From Candidatus Poribacteria bacterium (GTDB lineage: Bacteria > Poribacteria > WGA-4E > WGA-3G), in NCBI GenBank assembly GCA_965197475.1, contig CBDANF010000002.1, positions 768,001 to 832,000 on the forward strand: a DNA stretch of 64,000 nt, read 5' to 3'. This document shows, piece after piece, positions 20,075 through 28,644 of this stretch. Positions within the stretch are counted from its first letter, which is position 1. The number at the start of each line of letters is the position of its first letter. A model generated the notes under the pieces. That model was not told the DNA's origin, did not search any database, and worked only from the letters and a program-made list of their open reading frames with translations. Both the position numbers and the translations under genes were made by a program.

Positions 20075-21021
20075 GAGGGTATTGGTTAAATAATGATGCG
20101 GTAATTAGTGGGTACCCTCTGAACCACTCTGCATCACATTTCAATTAGAGTAGAGTTAATGATAACACTTATGACAAAAATTGTCAATCAAAATCAAACT
20201 AATAAACTGATTTTGATTGACAGATGTATCTAAAACCTATATCCTTATTGAAAACAAACTCGCTGCTCTATAGAGGACACCATGAAGAATTGCCCAAGAT
20301 GTCAACACACTCACTTCGTCAAAAACGGGTTCGTCAAAACTAAACAACGCTATAAATGCAAAAACTGCGGTTATCAATGGACGCGCACAACACCCCGGGG
20401 GAAACCACAAGCACAGAAAACTCTCGCCGTTCTCTTATATTGCCACGGCATCTCAATGAATGCTATCTCAAAACTTGTCGGATGCCACGTAACAACTGTG
20501 CTTCAATGGATACGCACCTTTGCTAAAAAACAGGCACCGAAACAAACACTCACACCCGGCACCACCGCCTGCTTGGAACTTGATGAGATGTGGCACTATA
20601 TTGGGAACAAGAAAAACAAACTCTGGATATGGAAGGCACTTGACAGAAACACAGGATACCTCATTGACTGGGAATGTGGTGGGCGTGATAAACAAACCCT
20701 TGAAAAACTCACGGCAAGGCTCTCAACCCTCAATGCTAAGATATATTACACAGACAAATGGCAGGTCTATGAGTCGGTCCTACCTGCCGTAAAACATGTT
20801 CAGGATAAAGCGGAGACGCATCGCATTGAACGCAACAATGGTCGGATGCGCCACTGGTTCGGACGCTTCAAGCGCAAGTCCATTATTGTTTCCAAAAGCA
20901 TAGAAATGGTGGATTTGACGATTGCTTTGTTCGCACGATTTCGTGTCAATGGCAACGTGTTTGACATTTTAAAACTCGACGGAATAGAAAACATGAATAT
21001 CATTATTTAACCAATACTCTC
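20075..21021 (+). mobile_element. IS1-family insertion sequence (947 bp)
   Basis: 23-bp TIRs GAGGGTATTGGTTAAATAATGAT and ATCATTATTTAACCAATACTCTC (22/23 match); no TSD visible. Confidence 0.88.
20282..21010 (+). CDS. IS1-family transposase (single ORF: zinc ribbon, HTH, DDE)
   Basis: CPRC..KNG...QRYKCKNC; ELDEMWHY; YTD.W; IERNN...RH. Confidence 0.92.
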   Translation: MKNCPRCQHTHFVKNGFVKTKQRYKCKNCGYQWTRTTPRGKPQAQKTLAVLLYCHGISMNAISKLVGCHVTTVLQWIRTFAKKQAPKQTLTPGTTACLELDEMWHYIGNKKNKLWIWKALDRNTGYLIDWECGGRDKQTLEKLTARLSTLNAKIYYTDKWQVYESVLPAVKHVQDKAETHRIERNNGRMRHWFGRFKRKSIIVSKSIEMVDLTIALFARFRVNGNVFDILKLDGIENMNIII

Positions 21022-21082
21022 CTTAATTTTTACAAACAACAATTTAATCTGTTGCGTAAGTCGAGTTTAATTTTCACATAGC

Positions 21083-21160
21083 AGCAGGCAAGGCATGTAT
21101 TACATAGGCGCATATTACTGCGACACTAACGTGAATGGTAAAGTAATACTTCGGCCCGCT
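21083..21160 (-). ncRNA. Minimal Y RNA (about 78 nt), copy 2
   Basis: 5'-AGCGGGCCGAAGTATTAC...GTAATACATGCCTTGCCTGCT. Shares GCGGGCCGAAGTATT and CCTTGCC with copy 1, and the upper stem covaries (TATTAC/GTAATA versus TATTGC/GCAATG). Confidence 0.72.
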
Positions 21161-21167
21161 AAAGACT

Positions 21168-21289
21168 ACTCTGGATAAGAATTGGAATACAAGCTCTACC
21201 GCTGAGCTACAGCAAGGTTTCGCATTACACCCGACCTGCTGGCAGGAGTCGAACCTGCGACCCGATAACGCATTCACACGATCCAGAGT
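21168..21289 (-). ncRNA. YrlA-type Y RNA (circularly permuted tRNA mimic), copy 2
   Basis: Terminal stem ACTCTGGAT/ATCCAGAGT; T-arm GCAGG-TTCGACT-CCTGC; acceptor-like stem CAGCAGG/CCTTGCTG; D-arm TA-GCTC-AGCGGTA-GAGC. Confidence 0.88.
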
Positions 21290-21309
21290 TAAGTTTGTTA
21301 CGACTAAAA

Positions 21310-21354
21310 TGGCTGCTTCTGTCGGAATTGAACCGACTTTAGCAAAGTATGCCC
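21310..21354 (-). other. tRNA 3'-half-like element ending in GCCA
   Basis: ...ACT-TTGCTAA-A-GTCGG-TTCAATT-CCGAC-AGAAGCA-G-CCA; no matching 5' acceptor strand or D-arm found. Confidence 0.6.
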
Positions 21355-21373
21355 ATTTCGCAAATAGTGATAT

Positions 21374-21403
21374 ATTATATCATGTTCATGGACATGCTGT
21401 CAA
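21374..21403 (-). promoter_or_regulatory. sigma70 promoter for the tRNA-half/Y RNA array, with a palindrome in the spacer
   Basis: TTGACA-N18-TATAAT with extended -10 (TGnTATAAT); CATGTTCATGGACATG near-palindrome at 21381-21396. Confidence 0.75.
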
Positions 21404-21464
21404 ATTAATTGAACGCTAATACACTAAATTATGACCACTTCTTATAGTCGTAGTAAACCCAACC

Positions 21465-21982
21465 TACGTGGTGCCACCGATTTGATCTAATTTTCTCAGA
21501 CAACCAAGCCCATCCTAATTGTATTGGGCACGATTCCAGCCACCAACGTAGACTTTACCACTGTGGACATAGATACATAAACCTCGCGTACCCCCACCTT
21601 CTTGAAATATCACCTGCTTCTGATTTTTACTGATGTCACTACACTTGAGAAATGCTGCCACAGTTCGGTTAGTATACGGCCCCTGTGTTGATATGGGGGG
21701 AATCAGGAATATTTACAGCATCGTTTTGGCCATCAAACTGCAATGCCTTGTCAACGATACCTTTAATGGATTTAGGATTTCCAACAAAATTACCATTTAA
21801 TCCGTTTCTTGAGGTGTCTTTGGCACTTCCATCATCAAAAATCCAGTTTCCAGCAACCGTTGTTTCGTCGCTTTGCGCTTCCACCCGCATAGTGGGTAAA
21901 AAAGTAAATGCCAACAAAATAATGCATAATAATGGTAGTACGGGAACTTGTGAAGTGTATCTTTGCTCAATGCTTGAATCAT
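21465..21982 (-). pseudogene. Frameshifted and truncated LamG-like gene
   Basis: GGAG RBS and ATG 21982; segments in different frames (signal peptide...NWIFDDG...ALQFDG; GPYTNRTV...QVIFQEGG; RWHHV); internal TAG; ends at a REP. Confidence 0.75.
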
Positions 21983-22132
21983 TACTAATCTCCTTTGGAA
22001 TTTCTACTTCCTGTGTTCCGGAGGCTATTTTCTTGAGACAGATATCCTTAAAGTATTAGGTATTATGCCAAATTATGCCAAATTAGCGAAATTTAATCAA
22101 TTGATTGTTTTCGTTCGGCAAATTAATCTTAC

Positions 22133-22161
22133 TTGACAAAAAAACGGATATCCGTTATACT
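22133..22161 (+). promoter_or_regulatory. sigma70 promoter of the helicase operon with a perfect 14-bp palindrome
   Basis: TTGACA-N17-TATACT; AACGGATATCCGTT at 22143-22156. Confidence 0.72.
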
Positions 22162-22194
22162 AACATTATAGGATTTCTCAGTATAGGGGGATTG

Positions 22195-24648
22195 ATGCGA
22201 TATAAAGGCTTAGCGTTAGATCGGTTTCAAAAGGAAGCAATTGAAGCGATTAATCTTGAAAACTCAGTAATTGTTACAGCCCCCACGGGTGCCGGAAAAA
22301 CCGTGATTGCTGAATATGCTGTTGAAAAATGCCTCCAGACAAACAAACGCGTTATCTATACCGCACCGATTAAAGCCCTTAGCAATCAAAAATATAGAGA
22401 TTTTCAATCCGAAAATGGTGATAAAATCGGGATTGTCACTGGCGATGTGGTCTTAAATCCTTATGCACAGGTACTATTGATGACCACCGAGATCTTCCGA
22501 AATACAATCTTTGATGATATAGAAAGACTACAAGATGTTTCTTATGTCGTCTTTGACGAAATCCACTATATCAACGATATTGAACGCGGTACTGTCTGGG
22601 AAGAAAGCATCATCTTTGCACCGCAACATATCAAATTTGTCTGTCTAAGTGCAACAATTCCGAATATTAGCTCATTTGCAGAATGGATGCAAAGTGTCCG
22701 AGAAATTGACCTCAAAATTGTTGAAGAGTTAGAAAGACCTGTGCCGTTAGAACATCACATCTATTTCCCAGGCTTTGGAATAGGTAAATTGGAACATCTT
22801 AATAATCTTCAACAAAAAACAAAGCGGCAAACACGAAATAAGGATAAAACAAAAAGGAAATACAATAAATTATCAGATCAAAAGCGGCAAGAAGATACGA
22901 ATGACGGCACCCCTACTAAACCGAAAGGCATAATAGATACCAAACTAATTCCTTACCTCAACGAAAACAAACGTCTCCCATGTCTCTATTTCTGTTTCAG
23001 TCGAAAAAGATGTGAAAGCAACGCCCATTATCATGCATCTTCAGGACAACACGAATTACTTGACACAGAGAAACAGGAACAGATTTTAGAGAAATTTGAC
23101 GCGCTTTGTATTCAATTTGATATTGTTGAAGAGAAAGTAATTACAGATTTTCGTCAATTAATCGCTTGTGGCATAGCCTATCATCACGCGGGCATGCTCC
23201 CTACACTTAAAGAAGTTGTTGAACGTTTGTTTACTTCAGGATTAATTCAACTCCTATTTACTACTGAGACGTTCGCAGTCGGAATCAACATGCCTGCATG
23301 TACAGTCGTGTTTGATAGCCTTGAAAAATTTGACGGTGTCGGTTTCCGTTATCTTAAGGCACGGGAATATCACCAGATGGCGGGGCGAGCAGGTAGACGC
23401 GGGATTGATACCGTAGGCTATGTGTACGCTCAAGTTGATCCGGAATATGCAATACATGACGATGTTAGCAGAACTATTTCCAACACCATTGAACCGATCA
23501 CCAGCCAGTTCAACCTCTCATATTCCAGTATACTCAATCTATATGAGAAATATGGCGATGACATTTACGATGTCTACACAATGAGTTTGAGCAACCACCA
23601 GAATTATAAGCGTATTGCTGATCTCAACAAACAGATTACCCTTCTTGATGAAAAACGTGAATCTCTACCCCTTCCCATCTGTATCCACGACAATATTGAG
23701 GGTATGAAACAGATTGAGAGTTATTACCGACTTAAGCGGGCAAATGGAAAGGAGCATGAAAGATTACAGTTGGAATTAGCGTCTCTCAAATCTCGGATCT
23801 CACGAGGAAAATCGAAAAATAAGGAACAAAAGAAAAAGTTGACACCGATTTACAATCAGATGAAAAATCTTGATCGGCAACTCTCAAAAAATCTTTGCCA
23901 TGGGTGCCACGAACGAAAGCAATGCACCAATAGATATCAGGCAATTCGTAAACAGGAACAGTATATTCAAAATATAAAGCAAAAACAGACACACATTAAG
24001 AGTTATCAGCAAGATCAGATAACGGCTCGTCTTAGCGTGCTTGAGGCACTTGGGTATATTGAAGGGCAGACACTCCTCCCGCGTGGAAACACTGCCTCAC
24101 ATATCTATGGATACGAACTCCAACTGACTCAACTGCTCTTTAGAGGGTTTTTTGAACGGTTGACTGAGGATGAAATCAACTGTCTCATGGTAGCAATTGT
24201 GTCTGAACCTCGTAAAGACGGCTATTTTAAAAAAGTAAAGGATAAAAGATTACTATCTATTCTGGGCGCGGCTTGGGACGAAATTTTAGACATCCAAAGA
24301 GTAGAAAACCAACTTAATGTATCCGAAATTATACCAATGTTAGAACTTCGTTTGTGCTCCGCGATGCTTGCTTGGAGCCGTGGTTGTGAATTTGATAAGT
24401 TGACTGAATACGCAGCACTTGATCCGGGAGATTTTGTCAGAACCTTCCGGCTTGTGATTGACCAACTTCGTCAAATCCGGCGCACCATGGCAGGACACAC
24501 TGCTCTCACAGATAAACTGAATCGTTGTATCGGTAAAATTAATCGTGATGTTGTTGATGCTGAACGCCAACTGCGAATCGGACAGGAAGAACCGTTTGAA
24601 GAGGAAGAGGACACAGTAAACACTGCTCCACGTGAGTATAGTCCGTAG
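22195..24648 (+). CDS. Ski2/Mtr4-like (HelY-type) DExH RNA helicase
   Basis: APTGAGKT, TAPIKALSNQK, DEIH, LSAT, HHAGMLP, TETFAVGINMP, QMAGRAGRRG, DSHCT-like C-terminus (GDFVR..R..D.L.Q); start ATG 22195. Confidence 0.93.
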   Translation: MRYKGLALDRFQKEAIEAINLENSVIVTAPTGAGKTVIAEYAVEKCLQTNKRVIYTAPIKALSNQKYRDFQSENGDKIGIVTGDVVLNPYAQVLLMTTEIFRNTIFDDIERLQDVSYVVFDEIHYINDIERGTVWEESIIFAPQHIKFVCLSATIPNISSFAEWMQSVREIDLKIVEELERPVPLEHHIYFPGFGIGKLEHLNNLQQKTKRQTRNKDKTKRKYNKLSDQKRQEDTNDGTPTKPKGIIDTKLIPYLNENKRLPCLYFCFSRKRCESNAHYHASSGQHELLDTEKQEQILEKFDALCIQFDIVEEKVITDFRQLIACGIAYHHAGMLPTLKEVVERLFTSGLIQLLFTTETFAVGINMPACTVVFDSLEKFDGVGFRYLKAREYHQMAGRAGRRGIDTVGYVYAQVDPEYAIHDDVSRTISNTIEPITSQFNLSYSSILNLYEKYGDDIYDVYTMSLSNHQNYKRIADLNKQITLLDEKRESLPLPICIHDNIEGMKQIESYYRLKRANGKEHERLQLELASLKSRISRGKSKNKEQKKKLTPIYNQMKNLDRQLSKNLCHGCHERKQCTNRYQAIRKQEQYIQNIKQKQTHIKSYQQDQITARLSVLEALGYIEGQTLLPRGNTASHIYGYELQLTQLLFRGFFERLTEDEINCLMVAIVSEPRKDGYFKKVKDKRLLSILGAAWDEILDIQRVENQLNVSEIIPMLELRLCSAMLAWSRGCEFDKLTEYAALDPGDFVRTFRLVIDQLRQIRRTMAGHTALTDKLNRCIGKINRDVVDAERQLRIGQEEPFEEEEDTVNTAPREYSP

Positions 24649-24708
24649 GTTGGGATAATCAAGTATCCTTGCAACACTCGCTCATTTATACAAAATGAAG
24701 GAGAGAAA

Positions 24709-25239
24709 ATGGAAAATAAAGACTTTGACCTGAGAGGAAAACTTAAAGTTCGATCGGCTAAAGAAGACGATGCCAATCATTTACAAACATATTGCTTCCC
24801 TGAGAAAACTAAAGAGGAGGTAGTTGACGACTTGAAAGCCGATTTGGCTGCAGAAAGTCAAACGACCCGTCTCGTTGCTGATGCCAGTGGTTATGCTGTC
24901 GGACACATCACGGTGAGACAACATCCACTGAATGATGAGGTAGGGCAAATTAGCGATTTGGCTGTCTCCGGACCCTTTCGACTGTTAGGCGTTGCAGACC
25001 ATCTTATTCAAGCTGCCGAGGTAGCTGCCACTGAAAATGGTTTGAAAATTCTTGAAATTGAACTCGCCCCCTCAGATGCCCCCATCATACAGAGATATAA
25101 GGATTGGGGGTTCACAGAAAAACCGATCATCACGCTCCAAAAAAACCTCAACACTGAAGATGCGGACGAGGCTGAGGAAGAAGACGAGAAACCTCAGACA
25201 AATGAGGCAGTTGCAGAACAGCAGGAGCTCTTGAAATAA
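24709..25239 (+). CDS. GNAT-family acetyltransferase with acidic tail
   Basis: LAVSGPFRLLGVA..LI and YKDWGF motifs. Confidence 0.75.
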   Translation: MENKDFDLRGKLKVRSAKEDDANHLQTYCFPEKTKEEVVDDLKADLAAESQTTRLVADASGYAVGHITVRQHPLNDEVGQISDLAVSGPFRLLGVADHLIQAAEVAATENGLKILEIELAPSDAPIIQRYKDWGFTEKPIITLQKNLNTEDADEAEEEDEKPQTNEAVAEQQELLK

Positions 25240-25311
25240 ACAGACTGCTTGAGGACGGTTTCCTATACGCTACATGTGCAAATTTCAAATGGATTACATG
25301 GGTAACGGATT

Positions 25312-26199
25312 ATGAAAAAATTTTGTCTTATTTTTGGACTTGCTTTATTTGTAATTGGATGCGGTAACCACAACGAATATCTCGCCAAAGGCAAAGAATT
25401 AATAAAATCCGATAAACGACGGAAAGAAGAACGCGCTGTCCGTGAATTTAAACTTGCAATTGAACAGGAGAATGATAATGCTGAAGCACATTATCTACTC
25501 GGATTTTACAATTCGCAAGAGTTCTACGAAGTCAGCCAACCTGAGTGGGGTCAGGCATCAATCGCTAACAGAGGACAGCATATGTTCAAAGCGTATCAAG
25601 AAGATCCTCGTGAATACCTTGAAATTTTGATTTTTGATACGCTCCGAGACGATGACGTGAATGTACAAAACGCTACGCTGGAGGCACTTACTTTAATTTA
25701 CCAAAAAGGCGATCGTAAACAACTTCTCAAGCAACTACAAAAAGCGATTAAGTCCAAAGATAACCGAGACAGACACGACGCACATTGGGTCATGGCGAAC
25801 ATCGGTAAATCCCATCCAATGACCATGGTGCCGATTTTGATTGAACTGCTAAATCACAATCAGATGGGTACCCGTTTGAACGCTGTAAAAGCACTCGGTG
25901 AGATAGGGAGTGAAGAAGCAATTCCTGTTCTCGCTACCCTGATTGAATCCGGTTCTGCAAAACGCAAAAGTGATCGTGAGGTGCCTGAAGTGCGTCAGTT
26001 GGCTGTCGCAGCACTCGGAAAAATTGGAGGCAAAGCAGTTCCTGAACTTGTCAAAATTACCCAAAACAAAGGGTCTTCTCTGCGAGTTGATGCAATTCGT
26101 GCCCTATCCACGCTCGGAGATGAGAAAGCTGTTCAACCTCTTTTAGATGCATTGAAAGAGAAAAGTAGCAGGGAAGTTGTCGTGGAGTTAAGAAATTAG
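25312..26199 (+). CDS. Lipoprotein with TPR and HEAT repeats
   Basis: Lipobox VIGC; AEAHYLLG; repeated R..A..ALG.IG...A.P.L. Confidence 0.85.
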   Translation: MKKFCLIFGLALFVIGCGNHNEYLAKGKELIKSDKRRKEERAVREFKLAIEQENDNAEAHYLLGFYNSQEFYEVSQPEWGQASIANRGQHMFKAYQEDPREYLEILIFDTLRDDDVNVQNATLEALTLIYQKGDRKQLLKQLQKAIKSKDNRDRHDAHWVMANIGKSHPMTMVPILIELLNHNQMGTRLNAVKALGEIGSEEAIPVLATLIESGSAKRKSDREVPEVRQLAVAALGKIGGKAVPELVKITQNKGSSLRVDAIRALSTLGDEKAVQPLLDALKEKSSREVVVELRN

Positions 26200-26267
26200 A
26201 ACCGATTTCATCAGTTAGGCATGGGTGGAAAGTACCACTATTCTTCGGATGATTGAAAGGAACGCGG

Positions 26268-27692
26268 ATGTTTAGAAATATATTCATAATATTCATTTTT
26301 GCCACTGTAGCCTTTGCGTTTGGATGTGACAACCACTATTGCGATGAACACCTGCAAATGGAAGTACAACAACTTGACAAGGACCTCGAAAATCGATGGT
26401 CTACAAATGGAGTCGTTGTCAACTCTATTAAACCGAACGGTCCTGCAGATAAAGCAGATCTCTCACAAGGAGAACTCATTTCTTACGTAATTGGTGAGTA
26501 CCCTATTCAGAATTCTCAGGATTTCACGCGTGCAGTCAAAAAAGCTATGGCTGATGACAATAACATGTTGTTGTTCCTCAAAGGCAAACAACCCATCCGT
26601 ATTGCAACGCGAAAAACTGGAGACAAGGTCGGTTTAGAGGTTGAAGGTAACGACACCGTTCGTATCAATAAAATTATGCCTGGTACCCCCGCTGCAAATA
26701 GTGACGCTATTCAGATTGGTGATGTTGTTGAGAAGATTGTTGATGAGCGAAAAATCTACAGTTTAGGTGACTACAAGAAAACTGTCAATGAGTTTGCAAA
26801 ATTGAATGTTGATTTGACCGTCAGGACTACAGAACTCATCGGTGTGAAAATTGCGGCTGTCACCGCACTCGGTAATTTAGGTGATGCTCGTGCTGTTGAA
26901 TCTTTGATAGAAATCCTCAAAAACAATCGCGAACTTTCACTCCGAAAAGCTGCAGCGCGAAGTTTAGAACGGCTTGCTGCTTTGAACGAACTCAATCCAC
27001 TCTTTCAAAAGTTTCAACAGGAAGATGTGAATCAACTTCCCGCGGACACGCTTGATAGTCAACAGCGAGAATCTGCAGAAATCCTCGGGTTGCTCTTCGT
27101 TGACCTTGCTGTAAATACGGCAACGCTTGAAGCACCATTCGGCATCCAATTCCGGCACCGTTCGGAAGCACTACATCAGAAAGTCAATGAAGGACAACTT
27201 GTTGAACTTGCCGAACAATATATCCAAATTACCACTGAGCCAGATCAGGAAATTCGCCGTGCATGCCTCTCCATTCTTGGTACTCTTAAGCCTATCTCTG
27301 CGATTCAATCTCTCATCAAGGTACTCATAGACCAAAATGAAATTCCGGGCATACGTTTCCAAGCGGGTTTAGCACTTAGCCGCATTGGTGAATCTGCTGC
27401 CGATGCGCTCATCGCTGCATTCAATGAAGGTGATACCACTGCGCAAGACATCGCTGCTTCAGCCCTCGGCAGTATCGGTGGAACACAGACACGCGACTTT
27501 TTGATTAGTGCCTTAGAAACCACTGACGATCCCGCGATACAATTAACGCTCGTGGACGCAATTGCAAAAATTGGGGATGAACTTTCACTCAGTGCCCTCG
27601 AACGCCAGCGACAACGTTTTCAAGAAGATGATTCCGCCATCCGTATCTTTCTTGATGAGGTCTTTAGCAGCTTGACGACTCCCTCTCAGTAG
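26268..27692 (+). CDS. Lipoprotein with two PDZ domains and HEAT repeats
   Basis: Lipobox AFGC; VNSIKPNGPADKADL..G and KIMPGTPAA...IQIGD PDZ motifs; C-terminal HEAT repeats. Confidence 0.85.
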   Translation: MFRNIFIIFIFATVAFAFGCDNHYCDEHLQMEVQQLDKDLENRWSTNGVVVNSIKPNGPADKADLSQGELISYVIGEYPIQNSQDFTRAVKKAMADDNNMLLFLKGKQPIRIATRKTGDKVGLEVEGNDTVRINKIMPGTPAANSDAIQIGDVVEKIVDERKIYSLGDYKKTVNEFAKLNVDLTVRTTELIGVKIAAVTALGNLGDARAVESLIEILKNNRELSLRKAAARSLERLAALNELNPLFQKFQQEDVNQLPADTLDSQQRESAEILGLLFVDLAVNTATLEAPFGIQFRHRSEALHQKVNEGQLVELAEQYIQITTEPDQEIRRACLSILGTLKPISAIQSLIKVLIDQNEIPGIRFQAGLALSRIGESAADALIAAFNEGDTTAQDIAASALGSIGGTQTRDFLISALETTDDPAIQLTLVDAIAKIGDELSLSALERQRQRFQEDDSAIRIFLDEVFSSLTTPSQ

Positions 27693-27760
27693 ACATTAGT
27701 TTTACTGTTAACTAAAAGTCTCGGGTTTTCAGGAATACGCTGCAAGTTCGCATACATAAG

Positions 27761-28609
27761 ATGAAAATTGGACTCATTTCTGACCTGCACACTGATGCAA
27801 CCGAAACAAACAGGGCGATTGTCCCATTTCTCATTAACACTATCAAAGCTGCTGAACTTGACGTTTTTGTCCTCACAGGTGATATAACCCCCAAGCTACC
27901 TGAATTTTACGAAATACTCGGTGAATTTGACAAAGCAGATTTAACTTGTCAGAAACTCTTTGTTCCAGGGAATCACGATATTTGGGTTAGCAAGGATGCT
28001 AACATGACGAGTGAACAGAAATGCCGAGTGATTTCACAAATCTGTCAAGATCATGGGTTTTATCCACTTATTGATGCCCCCCATATTATAGAAACTGTAG
28101 GATTCTGCGGTACCATTGGTTGGTACGATTATACATTTGCATCTGATGAATACGATTTTTCCACGGAACAGTATGCTGAAAAACAGTTGATGGGAACAGT
28201 TTGGAGTGATAAGCGATACGCTAAGTGGGGGGATACAGACGAGAATGTCGCACACCGTTTTGAGGCAGAACTTGACAAGCAGATCGCTTCCCTCAAAGAC
28301 AAGGTGCAACGCATCATTGTTGTAACACATCATGTTCCATTTCGGGAGTGTATCCGTTATCGAGGCGAATTACCTTGGGACTATTTCCGTGCGTTTATGG
28401 GAAGCGAAGGTCTTGGCACGTTATGTTTACAGGAACCGCTTGTTACACACGTCCTCTTTGGACATGTCCATTATGCTGTCAATCAGCAGATCAAGAGTGT
28501 TAAGGCAATCTGTGCGCCCATCGGCTATTTTCACGAAAAACCTGCCGAAAATTTGCAGTCTTATGCTAAACAACGTTTGACTTGTTTCACTTTAGCAAAA
28601 GGTTCCTAA
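27761..28609 (+). CDS. Metallophosphoesterase (calcineurin-like)
   Basis: DLH, GD, GNHD, HH and GHVH motifs. Confidence 0.92.
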   Translation: MKIGLISDLHTDATETNRAIVPFLINTIKAAELDVFVLTGDITPKLPEFYEILGEFDKADLTCQKLFVPGNHDIWVSKDANMTSEQKCRVISQICQDHGFYPLIDAPHIIETVGFCGTIGWYDYTFASDEYDFSTEQYAEKQLMGTVWSDKRYAKWGDTDENVAHRFEAELDKQIASLKDKVQRIIVVTHHVPFRECIRYRGELPWDYFRAFMGSEGLGTLCLQEPLVTHVLFGHVHYAVNQQIKSVKAICAPIGYFHEKPAENLQSYAKQRLTCFTLAKGS

Positions 28610-28644
28610 AACCAAAAAAGATAAAAGTAGTAAAGGAGACCACA

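Noticed and set aside
21074-21277. 67-aa ORF on the minus strand
   Set aside because: It lies across two structured RNAs and has no protein-like features.
18813-21289. Canonical tRNA genes or a two-piece tmRNA
   Set aside because: The T-arm precedes the D-arm, the acceptor stem is closed by a loop, and there is no anticodon loop or CCA. No Ala-type acceptor or tag reading frame was seen.
26197-26268. Read-through fusion of the two HEAT lipoproteins
   Set aside because: A second stop (TGA) follows in frame, and the downstream gene has its own RBS and lipoprotein signal.
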